NCBI GenBank assembly: GCA_963717505.1
Contig: OY970342.1
Location: 3,904,001-3,968,000, forward strand
Reading direction: 5' to 3'
Length of the DNA: 64,000 nucleotides
DNA from: Candidatus Eiseniibacteriota bacterium
GTDB taxonomy: Bacteria; Eisenbacteria; RBG-16-71-46
Shown: positions 30,576 to 40,796 of the stretch, piece after piece
How the letters are laid out: each line of letters begins with the position of its first letter
How positions within the stretch are numbered: position 1 is the first letter of the stretch
The notes under the pieces: generated by a model
What the model was told of the DNA's origin: nothing
What the model saw: the letters and a program-made list of their open reading frames with translations, nothing else
Database searches by the model: none
Position numbers and translations under genes: made by a program

Positions 30576-31781
30576 TCACGAGTCGAAGCGTGCGAGTCGG
30601 ACGGCGGCTTCACGGCAACGCTCGACCGTCGGCACCAGCGCCCACCGGAGGTAGCCCGCGCCTTCGACCCCCAGGAACGAGCCCGGAGTCGCGACGATGC
30701 CGGCGCGCAACAGCCGCTCGACGAAGGCGACGTCGTCTCCCCCCGGGGCCGGCGCCCATAAGTAGAAGGTGGCCTCGCTGGCTTCGATCGTCCATCCGCG
30801 CCCCGCGAACGCCTTGAGCATGATCTCCCGCTTGGCCCGGTAGACCTCGCGCTGGCGTTCGGCGTGCGCGTCGTCGTTCCAGGCGGCGATCGCCGCGCGT
30901 TGCACGAAGTCCGGGGTCGCGACCCCGACGTTGGGACGGAAGCGGGTGAGCGCCTCGATCAGTCGCGCATCGCCGGCCATGAACCCCGAACGGTATCCGG
31001 TCATCGCCGATCGCTTGCTCAAGGTGTGGAACGCGAGGACGTTTTCCGTCCCGTGCTCGAGCATCGAACCCGGTGCGACGTCGAAGTAGATGTCGGCGTA
31101 GGCTTCGTCGGCCGCGATCCAGTAGCCGTGCCGCCGTGCATGATCGGCGATGGCTCCCAGGGCCCCGCGATCGAGCGCAGCGCCGGTCGGATTGTGCGGG
31201 TGGTTGAGCCATAGGAGCGCGGTGCGCCGCCACACCTCGTCGGGCACCAGACCGGTGTGGAACCGGAATCCGTCCTCACGTCGCAGGGCCACCCGGTGGA
31301 TCTCGGCGCCCGCGAACTGGGCCGCCGACGCGAAGACCGGATAGGCCGGCGAAGGGATCACAACGACATTGCGCGCGGACGAGCGACCGATCACCGCGAG
31401 CGGCAGCAGGAACACACCCTCCTTGGTGCCGTTGACCGGGAGCAGCTCGCAATCGGGATCGACCGTGACGCCAAACCGGCGCGCGAGCCAGCCGGCGGCG
31501 GCCACACGCAGCTCGCGCATGCCAACGGTCGCGGGATAGCTCGAGACTTCGGGGATCGCGTTCCGCAGCGTCTCGCGAATGAAGTCGGGGGTGCGCTCGC
31601 GCGGATCGCCGACGCTGAAATCGATCGGCTCGACTCCGGGCGGCACGAGCTCGCGGCTCATCGCCGCCAGGCGCACGAACGGATAGTCGCCCGTGGCTTC
31701 GAGCACCGGATTGATCGGCGGCAGGACTCGGGCCCCCGGGTCGATCGCGGAGGTGGCGGCGGGCGGCGAGGGTCGGCTCAT
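30576..31781 (-). CDS. dapC: Succinyldiaminopimelate aminotransferase (class I/II)
   Basis: YPF..L, GTKE, NHPHNPTG, DEAYADIY, TLSKRSAMTGYRSG; between dapE and dapD. Confidence 0.85.
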   Translation of the reverse strand: MSRPSPPAATSAIDPGARVLPPINPVLEATGDYPFVRLAAMSRELVPPGVEPIDFSVGDPRERTPDFIRETLRNAIPEVSSYPATVGMRELRVAAAGWLARRFGVTVDPDCELLPVNGTKEGVFLLPLAVIGRSSARNVVVIPSPAYPVFASAAQFAGAEIHRVALRREDGFRFHTGLVPDEVWRRTALLWLNHPHNPTGAALDRGALGAIADHARRHGYWIAADEAYADIYFDVAPGSMLEHGTENVLAFHTLSKRSAMTGYRSGFMAGDARLIEALTRFRPNVGVATPDFVQRAAIAAWNDDAHAERQREVYRAKREIMLKAFAGRGWTIEASEATFYLWAPAPGGDDVAFVERLLRAGIVATPGSFLGVEGAGYLRWALVPTVERCREAAVRLARFDS

Positions 31782-32833
31782 CGTACGAGGAACTCTTCGA
31801 GCATCCGGTGCGCCGGCTCGAGGTTGCCGATCGGGCAGTATTCGTTCGCCTGGTGCGCTTGCTCGGGAACGCCGGGGCCGAAATTGAACGCTGGAATCCC
31901 GGCCGTGGTGAAGCGCGCGACGTCGGTCCAGCCCTGCTTGCCGGCGATCGGGAGTCCGAAGCGCTCGACGAATTCGCGCACCGCGGGTGCGTCCAGGCAC
32001 ACCTTCCCCGAGGGCGCCCGATCCACGATCTTGAACTCGAAGGATTTGGGAACTCGCTCGCGCAGAGCTCGCTCGGCTTGCTCCAGGGACATGTCGGGCG
32101 TGAACCGATAGTTGAGGTTCGCGACCAGCTCGTCGGGTACGACGTTGCGCGCCCGGCCCGCACGCAGCGTGGTCACTTGCAGGGTTTCGGCGAACTCGAC
32201 TCCTTCGAGTTGCTTGCGCACCACCGGCACGCGCGTCACTTCCGCCAGCCAGTCGGCCGCCTGCTCGACCGCGTTGATGCCGGTCCAGGGCCGCGCGCTG
32301 TGGGCGCTCTTCCCCACCACCCGCACCTCGGCGTTCAGCGAGCCGTTGCAGCCCAGCTCGACCTTGAGGTCGGTGGGCTCGAGCAACACCGCGAGTCGGG
32401 CGGAGCGCAGCCACGGCATGTCCGCGATCACGCGACCGAGCCCGTTGTCGTCGGCCGGACCCTCCTCGGCGTCGTAGAACACGAACGCCAGATCGAAGCG
32501 CGCGATCATCGGGTCCAGCGTTTCGAGCAGCGCCAGCATCACGGCGAGGCCGGACTTCATGTCGCTCGAGCCGAGTCCGACCACGCGGTCGTCGACGCGA
32601 CGCGCGGTGCCGTTCCCCTGCGCCGGGACCGTATCCAGGTGACCGGCCACGACGGCGAGCGGCCGGCCGCTCTGCGGTCCGCGCCACACCACGCTCAGCT
32701 TCGAGCGCAGGACTTCGCCGCCGCGATCCCGGAGTCGGTCCTGGACGAATGCCGCGATCTCGGCCTCGCGGCCGGTTTCGCTCGGAATGTTGATCAGCGT
32801 TTCGAGCAGGTCGGCGAGCGCGGTGCCGGTCAT
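31778..32833 (-). CDS. dapE: Succinyl-diaminopimelate desuccinylase (M20)
   Basis: GHLDTVP, GLGSSDMKSG, FYDAEE, LEPT, AHSARPW, GWTDVARF, AHQANE. Confidence 0.92.
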   Translation of the reverse strand: MTGTALADLLETLINIPSETGREAEIAAFVQDRLRDRGGEVLRSKLSVVWRGPQSGRPLAVVAGHLDTVPAQGNGTARRVDDRVVGLGSSDMKSGLAVMLALLETLDPMIARFDLAFVFYDAEEGPADDNGLGRVIADMPWLRSARLAVLLEPTDLKVELGCNGSLNAEVRVVGKSAHSARPWTGINAVEQAADWLAEVTRVPVVRKQLEGVEFAETLQVTTLRAGRARNVVPDELVANLNYRFTPDMSLEQAERALRERVPKSFEFKIVDRAPSGKVCLDAPAVREFVERFGLPIAGKQGWTDVARFTTAGIPAFNFGPGVPEQAHQANEYCPIGNLEPAHRMLEEFLVR

Positions 32834-32946
32834 GGCCGCGACTCTAGCCCGGTGGCCCGGCGAGGCGCCAGCCCGTCGCGAACCCAGCGTGCGACTCGTT
32901 CTGGAGCGAGTTGCCGAGTCGGCGACGCCCACGTAGCGTCTGACCC

Positions 32947-33795
32947 GTGACCACCCCCACCTCCACGCTGCTGCGCGTCACCGGTCGCGACGCGCTCGCC
33001 GTGCTGCACCGGATCGCCACCCAACACCTGGTGGACCTGGCCGCGGGCCAGGCGCGCATGACCTGCTTCTGCGATTTCCGCGGCCGGCTGTTGGACCGCG
33101 CGTGCGTGGCCGTGGACCAGGACGGCGCGGTATGGCTGCTGCACGACGAGCCCGGCGGCGACGACCTGGCCGAGTTCGTCGATCGCCACGTGTTCCGCGA
33201 GGACGTCAAGATCGAGGATCGGAGTGCGTCCCGAAGCGTGAGTGTGGAGTTCGATTCGAACTTCCATTCGGCGCCGCGCGCGCGGCTCGAGGAAGTGACC
33301 ACGACCTGGGCGGGTTCGATCCGTACGCCCTGGACGGTGCCGGTGTCCGGCGGCGTGCTGTTCACGGTCGGCGGCGATGCGACACTTCCCAGTCATGACG
33401 AAGCCGCGCGCATTCGCGCCGGCTGGCCGCGCCACGATCACGAAGTCGACGAATCGTTCACGCCGTTCGAGGTCGGCCTCGCCCACGAGGTGCACCTGAG
33501 CAAGGGCTGCTACACCGGCCAGGAAGCGCTGATGCGGCTCGTGACCTACCGCAGCGTGCGGCGCCGGCTGGTGCGGGTGCGCGGCACCGGGTCGGCTCCG
33601 TCCGTCCCGACCGACATCGTTCACGGCGAGGCCAAGGTCGGTCGAATGACGAGTGCGGTGGCCGAGGGGGGCGGCTGGGTCGGACTCGCGGTGGTTCAGC
33701 ACGGCGTGATCGGTTCGCCCGGGAACACGCTCGCAGGGGCTGCGATCGACGCCGTCGAACCGTTCCCGTCGAGCCAGCCACTCGGGCTGCCCTGA
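32947..33795 (+). CDS. YgfZ/GcvT-like folate-binding protein
   Basis: KGCYTGQE signature. Confidence 0.85.
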   Translation: MTTPTSTLLRVTGRDALAVLHRIATQHLVDLAAGQARMTCFCDFRGRLLDRACVAVDQDGAVWLLHDEPGGDDLAEFVDRHVFREDVKIEDRSASRSVSVEFDSNFHSAPRARLEEVTTTWAGSIRTPWTVPVSGGVLFTVGGDATLPSHDEAARIRAGWPRHDHEVDESFTPFEVGLAHEVHLSKGCYTGQEALMRLVTYRSVRRRLVRVRGTGSAPSVPTDIVHGEAKVGRMTSAVAEGGGWVGLAVVQHGVIGSPGNTLAGAAIDAVEPFPSSQPLGLP

Positions 33796-33840
33796 TCGGC
33801 CATCGCTTCGGAGTCCGCGACTGCGATACATTGGGCGGTC

Positions 33841-36234
33841 ATGACCCTCGCTTCAGGCACCCGTTTCGGCAACTACGAGATCCTGTCTCCTCTCGGCGCG
33901 GGCGGCATGGGCGAGGTCTATCGCGCCCGTGACCTGCGTCTCGACCGGGTGGTCGCGATCAAGTCGCTGCCGGCGGGACTGACCGCGGACCCTGAACGCC
34001 TCGCCCGCTTCGAGCGCGAGGCGCGGCTGCTCGCGTCACTCAACCACCCCAACATCGCGACCATCCACGGCATCGAGGATCTCGGCGCCACGGGCGGCGG
34101 GTCGTGCCTGGTGCTCGAGTTCATCGAGGGCGAAACCCTGGCGCAGCGGATCGCGCGCGGCGCGCTGCCGGTGCGCGAGACGCTCGAAGTCGCCGGGCAG
34201 ATTGCGGCGGCGATCGAGTCGGCACACGAGCGCGGCATCGTCCACCGCGATCTCAAGCCGGGCAACGTCATGCTGACTGCGTCGCGCGCGGTCAAGGTCC
34301 TGGACTTTGGCCTGGCCAAGGACACGGACCCCGTCGCCCCCGGTTCCGGCCCGCTCTCGGCCTCGCCGACCGTGGCGATGACCGCGACCACTCCGGGCGT
34401 CATCCTGGGCACCGCTCCCTACATGAGCCCCGAGCAGGCACGCGGCAAGGCGGCCGATCGCCGCACCGACGTCTGGGCGTTCGGCTGCATCGTGATGGAA
34501 TGCCTCACCGGCCGGCCGACCTTCTCCGGCGAAACCGTGTCCGACGTGATCGCGCGCATCCTCGAGCGCGATCCCGACTGGAGCAGCATCCCGGCGTCGA
34601 CCCCGCAGCGTCTGCGCGACCTGATTCGCCGTTGCCTGACCAAGGAAGCCGCCGAACGGCCGCGTGACATCGGCGACCTGCGGCGCGAGCTGAGCGCCAT
34701 CTCGCTCGATCTCTCCAGCGGCCCGCGCGCGCCGTCCTCCGCCACCGAGGTGCCGTCGCTCGCCGTGCTCTACTTCGAGAACCTGGCCAAGGATCCGGAG
34801 AGCGACTACTTCTGCTCGGGCGTCACCGAGGACATCGTGACCGACTTGTCCAAGATCAAGGGCTTGAAAGTCGCGTCGCGCAACGCCGTGCTCCGCTACC
34901 GCGGAGCACCTGCCGATCCACAGAAGGTCGGCTCCGAACTCGGCGTGCGCGCGGTGCTCGAGGGCAGCGTGCGGCGCGCCGGCGACCGAGTTCGCATCAC
35001 GGTGCAGCTGGTCAACGCCGCTGACGGTTTCCAGCTCTGGGCCGAGCGCTACGATCGCAAGCTCGACGACATCTTCGGCGTCCAGGAAGAGATCGCGTCG
35101 TCGATCGCTGCCGCGCTGCGTGTGGCGCTGACACCGGCCGACGTCGAAAAGCTGGCCGCCGACCGTCCGAACGACGCGCGTGCCTACGATCTCTACCTCA
35201 AGGCGCGCCAACGGTATGGTCAGTATTCCGCCGATTCCTTGAAGGAAGCGCTCGAGCTCTTCCACCAGGCGATCGCGGTGGATGCCAACTACGCTCGCGC
35301 CTGGGCCGGTGTCGCCGACTGTCACGGGCAAATGGTGCAGTGGGGGTTCGAAGCACACGAGGATGGCATCCGGCTCGGGCTCGAAGCTGCACGTCGGGCC
35401 ACCACGATCGATCCCGGCCTCGCGGATGGCTACAAGGCCGAGGGACTCGTGCTTCGCATCGCCGACGATGTCGAGGGATCCCGCGCGGCGTTGGTTCGGG
35501 CGGTCCAGGCGGATCCCAACCACACCCCGGCGATCATCAACCTCGCGGTCCACGCCGTGACCCGCGCCGATCTCGCCGGCGCCGAGCGCCTGATACGTCG
35601 CACGCTCGAGATCGATCCCCAGGAGCCGTTTGCGACGTCCTGGCTAGTGCTGCTGACCCGCTGGACTCGGAGATTCGATGAATGCGAAACGCTGATCGAC
35701 CGGTTGCGCCGCCTTTCGGACGATCCGTTCTACGTCACGGCGGTGTATTCGCTCCGGGCACGATTGGCCGTCGATCGAGGCGATCTCGCATCCGCGGCGG
35801 CCACGTTGGCGGCGAGTCGAGCCGACCACTGTCGGCCCCAAGACATCGCCGCCGCCGAGGCGTTGGTGGCGGTCAACGAGGGCCGCCTCGAGAAGGCCCG
35901 GCAGATTCTTCACGAGATCGGGCAGAAGCCGCTGATGGGCGAGAGCATCCTCGCGGCTGCAGTTGCCGCCGTGCGGCTCGGAGACGTCGAACGGGCGCTC
36001 GAACTCATCAACCGAGAACTCATGCGCGACATGATGCCCTGCGTGGCCCGCCTCGAGCGGGAACTCCACCCGTTGCTCGACCACCGGCCGTTCGCCCCCC
36101 GGCGATGGAATGCGACGATGGTGTGGCCGTTGGAAGCTCCGATGATCGACCCGGCCTGTCACTCGGTGTTTCACGAGGTCAAGATCGAATCGGGTCGTCC
36201 ACAGGGCAGCGACATCCTGCGCGGGCTGGCCTGA
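33841..36234 (+). CDS. Hanks-type Ser/Thr kinase with TolB_N-like and TPR domains
   Basis: LGAGGMGEVY, HRDLKPGN, DFGLAK, YMSPEQ; SLAVLYFEN...VLEGSVR; TPR-like helices. Confidence 0.92.
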   Translation: MTLASGTRFGNYEILSPLGAGGMGEVYRARDLRLDRVVAIKSLPAGLTADPERLARFEREARLLASLNHPNIATIHGIEDLGATGGGSCLVLEFIEGETLAQRIARGALPVRETLEVAGQIAAAIESAHERGIVHRDLKPGNVMLTASRAVKVLDFGLAKDTDPVAPGSGPLSASPTVAMTATTPGVILGTAPYMSPEQARGKAADRRTDVWAFGCIVMECLTGRPTFSGETVSDVIARILERDPDWSSIPASTPQRLRDLIRRCLTKEAAERPRDIGDLRRELSAISLDLSSGPRAPSSATEVPSLAVLYFENLAKDPESDYFCSGVTEDIVTDLSKIKGLKVASRNAVLRYRGAPADPQKVGSELGVRAVLEGSVRRAGDRVRITVQLVNAADGFQLWAERYDRKLDDIFGVQEEIASSIAAALRVALTPADVEKLAADRPNDARAYDLYLKARQRYGQYSADSLKEALELFHQAIAVDANYARAWAGVADCHGQMVQWGFEAHEDGIRLGLEAARRATTIDPGLADGYKAEGLVLRIADDVEGSRAALVRAVQADPNHTPAIINLAVHAVTRADLAGAERLIRRTLEIDPQEPFATSWLVLLTRWTRRFDECETLIDRLRRLSDDPFYVTAVYSLRARLAVDRGDLASAAATLAASRADHCRPQDIAAAEALVAVNEGRLEKARQILHEIGQKPLMGESILAAAVAAVRLGDVERALELINRELMRDMMPCVARLERELHPLLDHRPFAPRRWNATMVWPLEAPMIDPACHSVFHEVKIESGRPQGSDILRGLA

Positions 36235-36264
36235 GCGGTCGTGCCTGCCGAATCTCGGTGAGTG

Positions 36265-37857
36265 TTACTCCGGCGCTTCCGGCTCCTCGTCCGAGTCGTC
36301 GACCACGATCGCGTCGGTGGTCAGCACCAGCGTCCCAATGCTCGCCGCGTGCTGCAGCGCGCAGCGCGTCACCTTGGTCGGATCGACGATGCCGGCGGCG
36401 TTCAGGTCGCAATAGCGGCCTTTGAGCGCGTCGTAGCCGAACGCGTCCTTGCCGCCGCGGATCCGTTCGATCACCACACCCCCCGGCTCGCCCGCGTTCT
36501 CCGCGATCTGGCGCGCCGGCTGTTCCAGCGCCTTCGACACGATGGTCACGCCCATCTGCTCGTCTTCCGACAGCGATAATGATTCGAGCACGTGCGCGGT
36601 GCGCAGCAACGCGACCCCGCCGCCCGGCACCGTGCCCTCCTCGACCGCGGAGCGGGTGGCGGCCAGCGCATCGTCGTAGCGCGTGCGCCGTTCGGCCATC
36701 TCCAGCTCGGTGGGCGCGCCGACACGCACCACCGCGATCCCGCCCGACAAGCGCGCGACGCGCTGGCGCAGGGCATCGCGCTCGAATCCCGGACCTGCCG
36801 CACCCGCGGCGCGATCGAGTTTGGCGATGCGGTCGCGAATGATGCGCGCATCGCCTCCGCCTTCGATCAACGTGGTGGTGTCGCGATCGACCACCACGCG
36901 CTGGGCGCGTCCGAGATCGCCGGGCTCGAGTCGATCGAGCGTACGGCCCATCTCGCGGGTCACCAGCGTGGCTCCGGTCAGCACCGCCAGGTCCTCGAGC
37001 AGCTCGCGCCCGCGCTCGCCGCTCTGGGGCAGGCGGACTCCGACGCAGGCGATGGTGCCGCGCAGGCGATTGACCACCATGGTCGCCAGGGCTTCGCCTT
37101 CGATGTCCTCGGCGATCACCACCAGCGGCCGGCCGGCCTGGGCGGCGTGCTCGAGGACCGCGAGCACTTCCTGCGCCGCCGCGAGACGCAGCGACGTCAA
37201 CAGCACGAAGGGGTGCTCGAGCGTGACCGTCATGTCCTCGCCACGCGTCACGAAGTAGGGCGAAACGTAGCCGTAGTCCAGCCGCACGCCTTCGACCACC
37301 TCCAGCGTGTCGGTGAGCCCGCGCCCCTCGTCGACCGTGACCACGCCACTGCGCCCGACCCGATCGAACGCTTCCGCCACCAGCGATCCGATCCGCGAGT
37401 CGTTGGCGCTGATCACCGCGACACGCTGGAGGTCTTCGCGGCCGTCGACCGCGCGCGCCTGTCGCTTGAGATCCTCGACCACCAGGTTCACCGCCCGTTC
37501 GATTCCGCGCTTGAGCGCCATCGGGTTGTGCCCCGCGGCAACTGCCTCGAGTCCGCGGGACACGATGCCGTGGGCGAGCACCGTGGCGGTCGTGGTGCCG
37601 TCGCCCGCCACCTCGCCGGTCTTGATCGCGACTTCGCGCACCAGTTGGGCGCCCAGGTTCTCGAACGGATTGACCAGCTCGATCTCGCGAGCGATCGCCA
37701 GCCCGTCGCTGGTGATGGTCGGCACCCCGTGCAGGTGATCGATCACCACGTTGCGCCCGCGCGGACCGAGCGTCACGCGCACCGCGCCCGCCAGCTGGTC
37801 GACGCCGCGTCGTAGTGATTGTCGAGCCTGATCGTCGAACTCGATGCGCTTGCCCAT
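36265..37857 (-). CDS. groEL: Chaperonin GroEL, divergent paralog
   Basis: TLGPRGRNV, AGDGTTTATVLA, GGIAV..VGA, PGGGVALL, GIVDPTKV; acidic tail rather than GGM repeats. Confidence 0.93.
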   Translation of the reverse strand: MGKRIEFDDQARQSLRRGVDQLAGAVRVTLGPRGRNVVIDHLHGVPTITSDGLAIAREIELVNPFENLGAQLVREVAIKTGEVAGDGTTTATVLAHGIVSRGLEAVAAGHNPMALKRGIERAVNLVVEDLKRQARAVDGREDLQRVAVISANDSRIGSLVAEAFDRVGRSGVVTVDEGRGLTDTLEVVEGVRLDYGYVSPYFVTRGEDMTVTLEHPFVLLTSLRLAAAQEVLAVLEHAAQAGRPLVVIAEDIEGEALATMVVNRLRGTIACVGVRLPQSGERGRELLEDLAVLTGATLVTREMGRTLDRLEPGDLGRAQRVVVDRDTTTLIEGGGDARIIRDRIAKLDRAAGAAGPGFERDALRQRVARLSGGIAVVRVGAPTELEMAERRTRYDDALAATRSAVEEGTVPGGGVALLRTAHVLESLSLSEDEQMGVTIVSKALEQPARQIAENAGEPGGVVIERIRGGKDAFGYDALKGRYCDLNAAGIVDPTKVTRCALQHAASIGTLVLTTDAIVVDDSDEEPEAPE

Positions 37858-37908
37858 GGGGTCCATCCCTCGGCCGACCGGCGGCCGGATCCGGCATACG
37901 GCAATGAG

Positions 37909-39696
37909 TTACGGGTTGGTCTTCAGGTGACGCTCGATATCCGGCTCCAGATGGCGTTCGAATGCTCGCGCCCAGCCCTTCACCTGGTCATCGGCCTCCG
38001 GATGACGCGCCGCCACTGCGAACCAGCGGGCGGCCGACGACGAGTCCCCGGCCATCGCGAAACATACCCCCGCGTCCGCCGGGTGTCGCGCCGAGTCCGG
38101 CTCGGCGCCGGCCAGCAACACGAACTCGCCCGCTGCCGACAACCAGTCGCCGGCCGCAGCGAACCTCGCCGCCAGCTCCCGGTGATCCTGGGACCAGCGC
38201 TCGCTCGCGCGCCGCTCAGGATCGGACTCCTCGCGTCCGGCGTGGATCTCGACCCACCCCGACGTGCTGTCGTAACGAAAGAAGCGATCGGGACCGTCGG
38301 GTGCTCGCGAGCTCCGGGCGGCGTACGCGCTGAAGAACCCGCCGCTCAACGTGGGGTCCCGATACCACACCCGGAGCGCGGGTCCGCCTTCGGTGAGAAA
38401 GCCGACATGGGTGGGCACGCGCGTGAAGAAGAAACGGGTGTTCGGCTCCGGCTTCGGCACGACACGAAGCAGGTCGGCGCGCAGGAACGACACGAAACTC
38501 GCCGCGCGCTTCTGGTATGCCTCGGTGCCCCAGTCGGTCGACGGCGTCGCGCTCAGAATCCCGCGGAGCGCCACCAGCACAACGACCACGCTCACCGCCA
38601 CCCAGCGCCGGACAGCAACCCAGGGCGACAGCGCGATCCACACGCCCATCGCACCGAGCAAGGTGTAGTAGGCGTGCCAGCCGGCGCCCGGCCAGAAGGC
38701 CGGCATCCACGCGACCAACGCCCACACGATCCCGCACGCGGTGACACGCCACGGTTCGGCAGCCGGCTTCGGCGCCGGCTTCGGGGCCGGCTTCGGATCG
38801 TCGTCTTCGCGGGGGCGATACAATACGAGCAGCAGGAGCGGAACCAGCGCCGGCATCGTGCGCTTGAGGATGGCGAGCCAGGGCTCGGCGGGCGCCGGTG
38901 CGTGATCCAGGTTGAACGGCACCAGCAGAGTGCGCACGACACGGGTCGTGAACGATGCACTTCCCTCCGGCGCCTCGAGGCCACCCGACGCCGCAGCACG
39001 CAGAGCGGGGTGGAGCAACGCCCATCCGGCGGCAACGACCAGCATCGGCAACGCCCGTATCAGGACGGTTCGCGTCGAAACCCGATCCGCGATCAGTGCG
39101 AGGGCGATCGCGATCCCCGGCACCACTGCCGCCGACTCCTTGCTGAGGAGTGCCGCCGCAAGGAAGCCGGCTGCGATCCACGGCCGGTGCGCGAGAAACG
39201 CATGGAGCGACAGCAGACCGAACAGGAGCATCCAGGATTCCTGCACGCCCGCCACCCAGACCACCGGGACCGCCCAGGCCGCGAGCGCCGCCGTCGCGAC
39301 GATCGCCACCGTCGCCGCCCGCACCCCCGCGATCCGCCGCGCGATCTGGAAGTAGACCGCGAGTGCCCCGATCGCCACCGCGACCCCGACCAGGTGGAAG
39401 ACGAGCTCGTTCGGCCCCACGGCTCGCTGGAGCCACCAGTAGTGGAACTCGCGCGACAGCGGTCGCCACCAGCCGAACATTAGCGACTGGGTGCCCCACA
39501 GTGATGCGAAGCCGGCGTCGCGCGTGCGATCGAGGAAGATGTAGTCGTCGTTCAGGAATGGCGCGCGCCGCGCATAGCTGTACCCGGCGATCAGTGAAGC
39601 CGCGACCAGCAATGAACTGCGAAGCCCCGCGCTGCGGATGCGCTTGAGAATCTGGTTGGCCCCCGCCCGAATCAGCAGGGCCGAAATCACCGCCAT
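37909..39696 (-). CDS. Polytopic GT-C (PMT/TMTC-like) membrane protein with TPR-like C-terminus
   Basis: DDY.FL, WWRPLSRE, ALLSKE, many TM helices; paralog of 43525..45249. Confidence 0.6.
   Translation of the reverse strand: MAVISALLIRAGANQILKRIRSAGLRSSLLVAASLIAGYSYARRAPFLNDDYIFLDRTRDAGFASLWGTQSLMFGWWRPLSREFHYWWLQRAVGPNELVFHLVGVAVAIGALAVYFQIARRIAGVRAATVAIVATAALAAWAVPVVWVAGVQESWMLLFGLLSLHAFLAHRPWIAAGFLAAALLSKESAAVVPGIAIALALIADRVSTRTVLIRALPMLVVAAGWALLHPALRAAASGGLEAPEGSASFTTRVVRTLLVPFNLDHAPAPAEPWLAILKRTMPALVPLLLLVLYRPREDDDPKPAPKPAPKPAAEPWRVTACGIVWALVAWMPAFWPGAGWHAYYTLLGAMGVWIALSPWVAVRRWVAVSVVVVLVALRGILSATPSTDWGTEAYQKRAASFVSFLRADLLRVVPKPEPNTRFFFTRVPTHVGFLTEGGPALRVWYRDPTLSGGFFSAYAARSSRAPDGPDRFFRYDSTSGWVEIHAGREESDPERRASERWSQDHRELAARFAAAGDWLSAAGEFVLLAGAEPDSARHPADAGVCFAMAGDSSSAARWFAVAARHPEADDQVKGWARAFERHLEPDIERHLKTNP
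38762..38796. repeat. 12-bp tandem repeat x3 encoding PKPA linker
   Basis: GCCGGCTTCGG(C/G) x3. Confidence 0.8.
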
Positions 39697-40796
39697 CGAG
39701 CCAGGAACAGGTTGGTTTCGCCTCGGGCCCTGGCCCCCCGATTCGAGGCGAACACCAGCCACTGTCCGTCGGGGCTGAACATCGGGAAGCCGTCGAAGGT
39801 CGGATCACGGGTCACCGGCTCAGCGGTCCCGCCGCCGACCGGCACCAGGTAGAGGTCGAAATTGCGACCCTCGGGCTGCTCGTGGTTGGACGAGAAGATC
39901 AGCGCTTTGTCGTCCGGGGTGAAGAACGGCGCGAAGGAGGCGCCCGGCAGGTTCGTGACCTGGCGCTTGTCGCTGCCATTGGCGCGCATCACCCACAGAT
40001 TCATGTGCGAGGGCCGCACCAGATCCTGCGCGAGCAACGCCCGATAGTCCGCGACCGCCACCGAGTCCACCGGATGGTCGGCGCGGTAGCAGATGAGCTT
40101 GCCGTCGTGCGAGAAGAACGCGCCACCGTCGTAGCCGACTTCGTGCGTCAGGCGTTGCCTCGCAGTGCCGTCGGGTTTCATGCGATAGAGCTCGAGGTCG
40201 CCGTGACGCAACGAGGTGAACACGATCCATTTCCCGTCGGTGGAAACGGTGGCCTCCGCGTCGTAGCGCGGCGAGGGCGCCAGCGGCTTCAGGTCGGAGC
40301 CGTCGGGCTTCGCGGTGTACAAGTCGTAGCCGGGGTAGAGCGGCCATACGTAGCCGCGGGAGTAGTCGGGGCGCGGCGGACAGGTGTCGGCGGCGGCGTG
40401 GGTCGAAGCGAACAGGATGCGGTGGTCCTGGTCGTAGAAGTAGCCGCAGGTGGTGCGTCCCTTCCCGGTGCTGACGCGCTCGGTGGTGCCGGTCACCACG
40501 TCGAGAATGTACTGCTGGTCGCACGGCCAGTCCCCGCGCGTCGCCTGGAAGATGAGCCGGGTGCCGTCGGCCGACCAGTAGGCTTCGGCGTTCTCGCCGC
40601 CGAACGTCAGCTGCCACAGCTCGGCGAAGTGAGTTTCGCCTTCCCGGATCAGACTGTCGGCTCGGTAGTCCTGACTCATGGGCTCCGTGGACTCGGTCGC
40701 ACTCACGGGCGACGAGAGCCACCGTCCGCCGGCGGGGACCCAGGCCATCCCGGCGACCATGCCCACGACCGCCATTCGCGTGACGATGCGTCTCAT
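39687..40796 (-). CDS. TolB-like PD40 beta-propeller protein
   Basis: GENAEAYWS, GRTTC, YDAEAT.S.DG, YDGGAFFS.DG, FDGFPMFSPDG. Confidence 0.88.
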   Translation of the reverse strand: MRRIVTRMAVVGMVAGMAWVPAGGRWLSSPVSATESTEPMSQDYRADSLIREGETHFAELWQLTFGGENAEAYWSADGTRLIFQATRGDWPCDQQYILDVVTGTTERVSTGKGRTTCGYFYDQDHRILFASTHAAADTCPPRPDYSRGYVWPLYPGYDLYTAKPDGSDLKPLAPSPRYDAEATVSTDGKWIVFTSLRHGDLELYRMKPDGTARQRLTHEVGYDGGAFFSHDGKLICYRADHPVDSVAVADYRALLAQDLVRPSHMNLWVMRANGSDKRQVTNLPGASFAPFFTPDDKALIFSSNHEQPEGRNFDLYLVPVGGGTAEPVTRDPTFDGFPMFSPDGQWLVFASNRGARARGETNLFLARWR

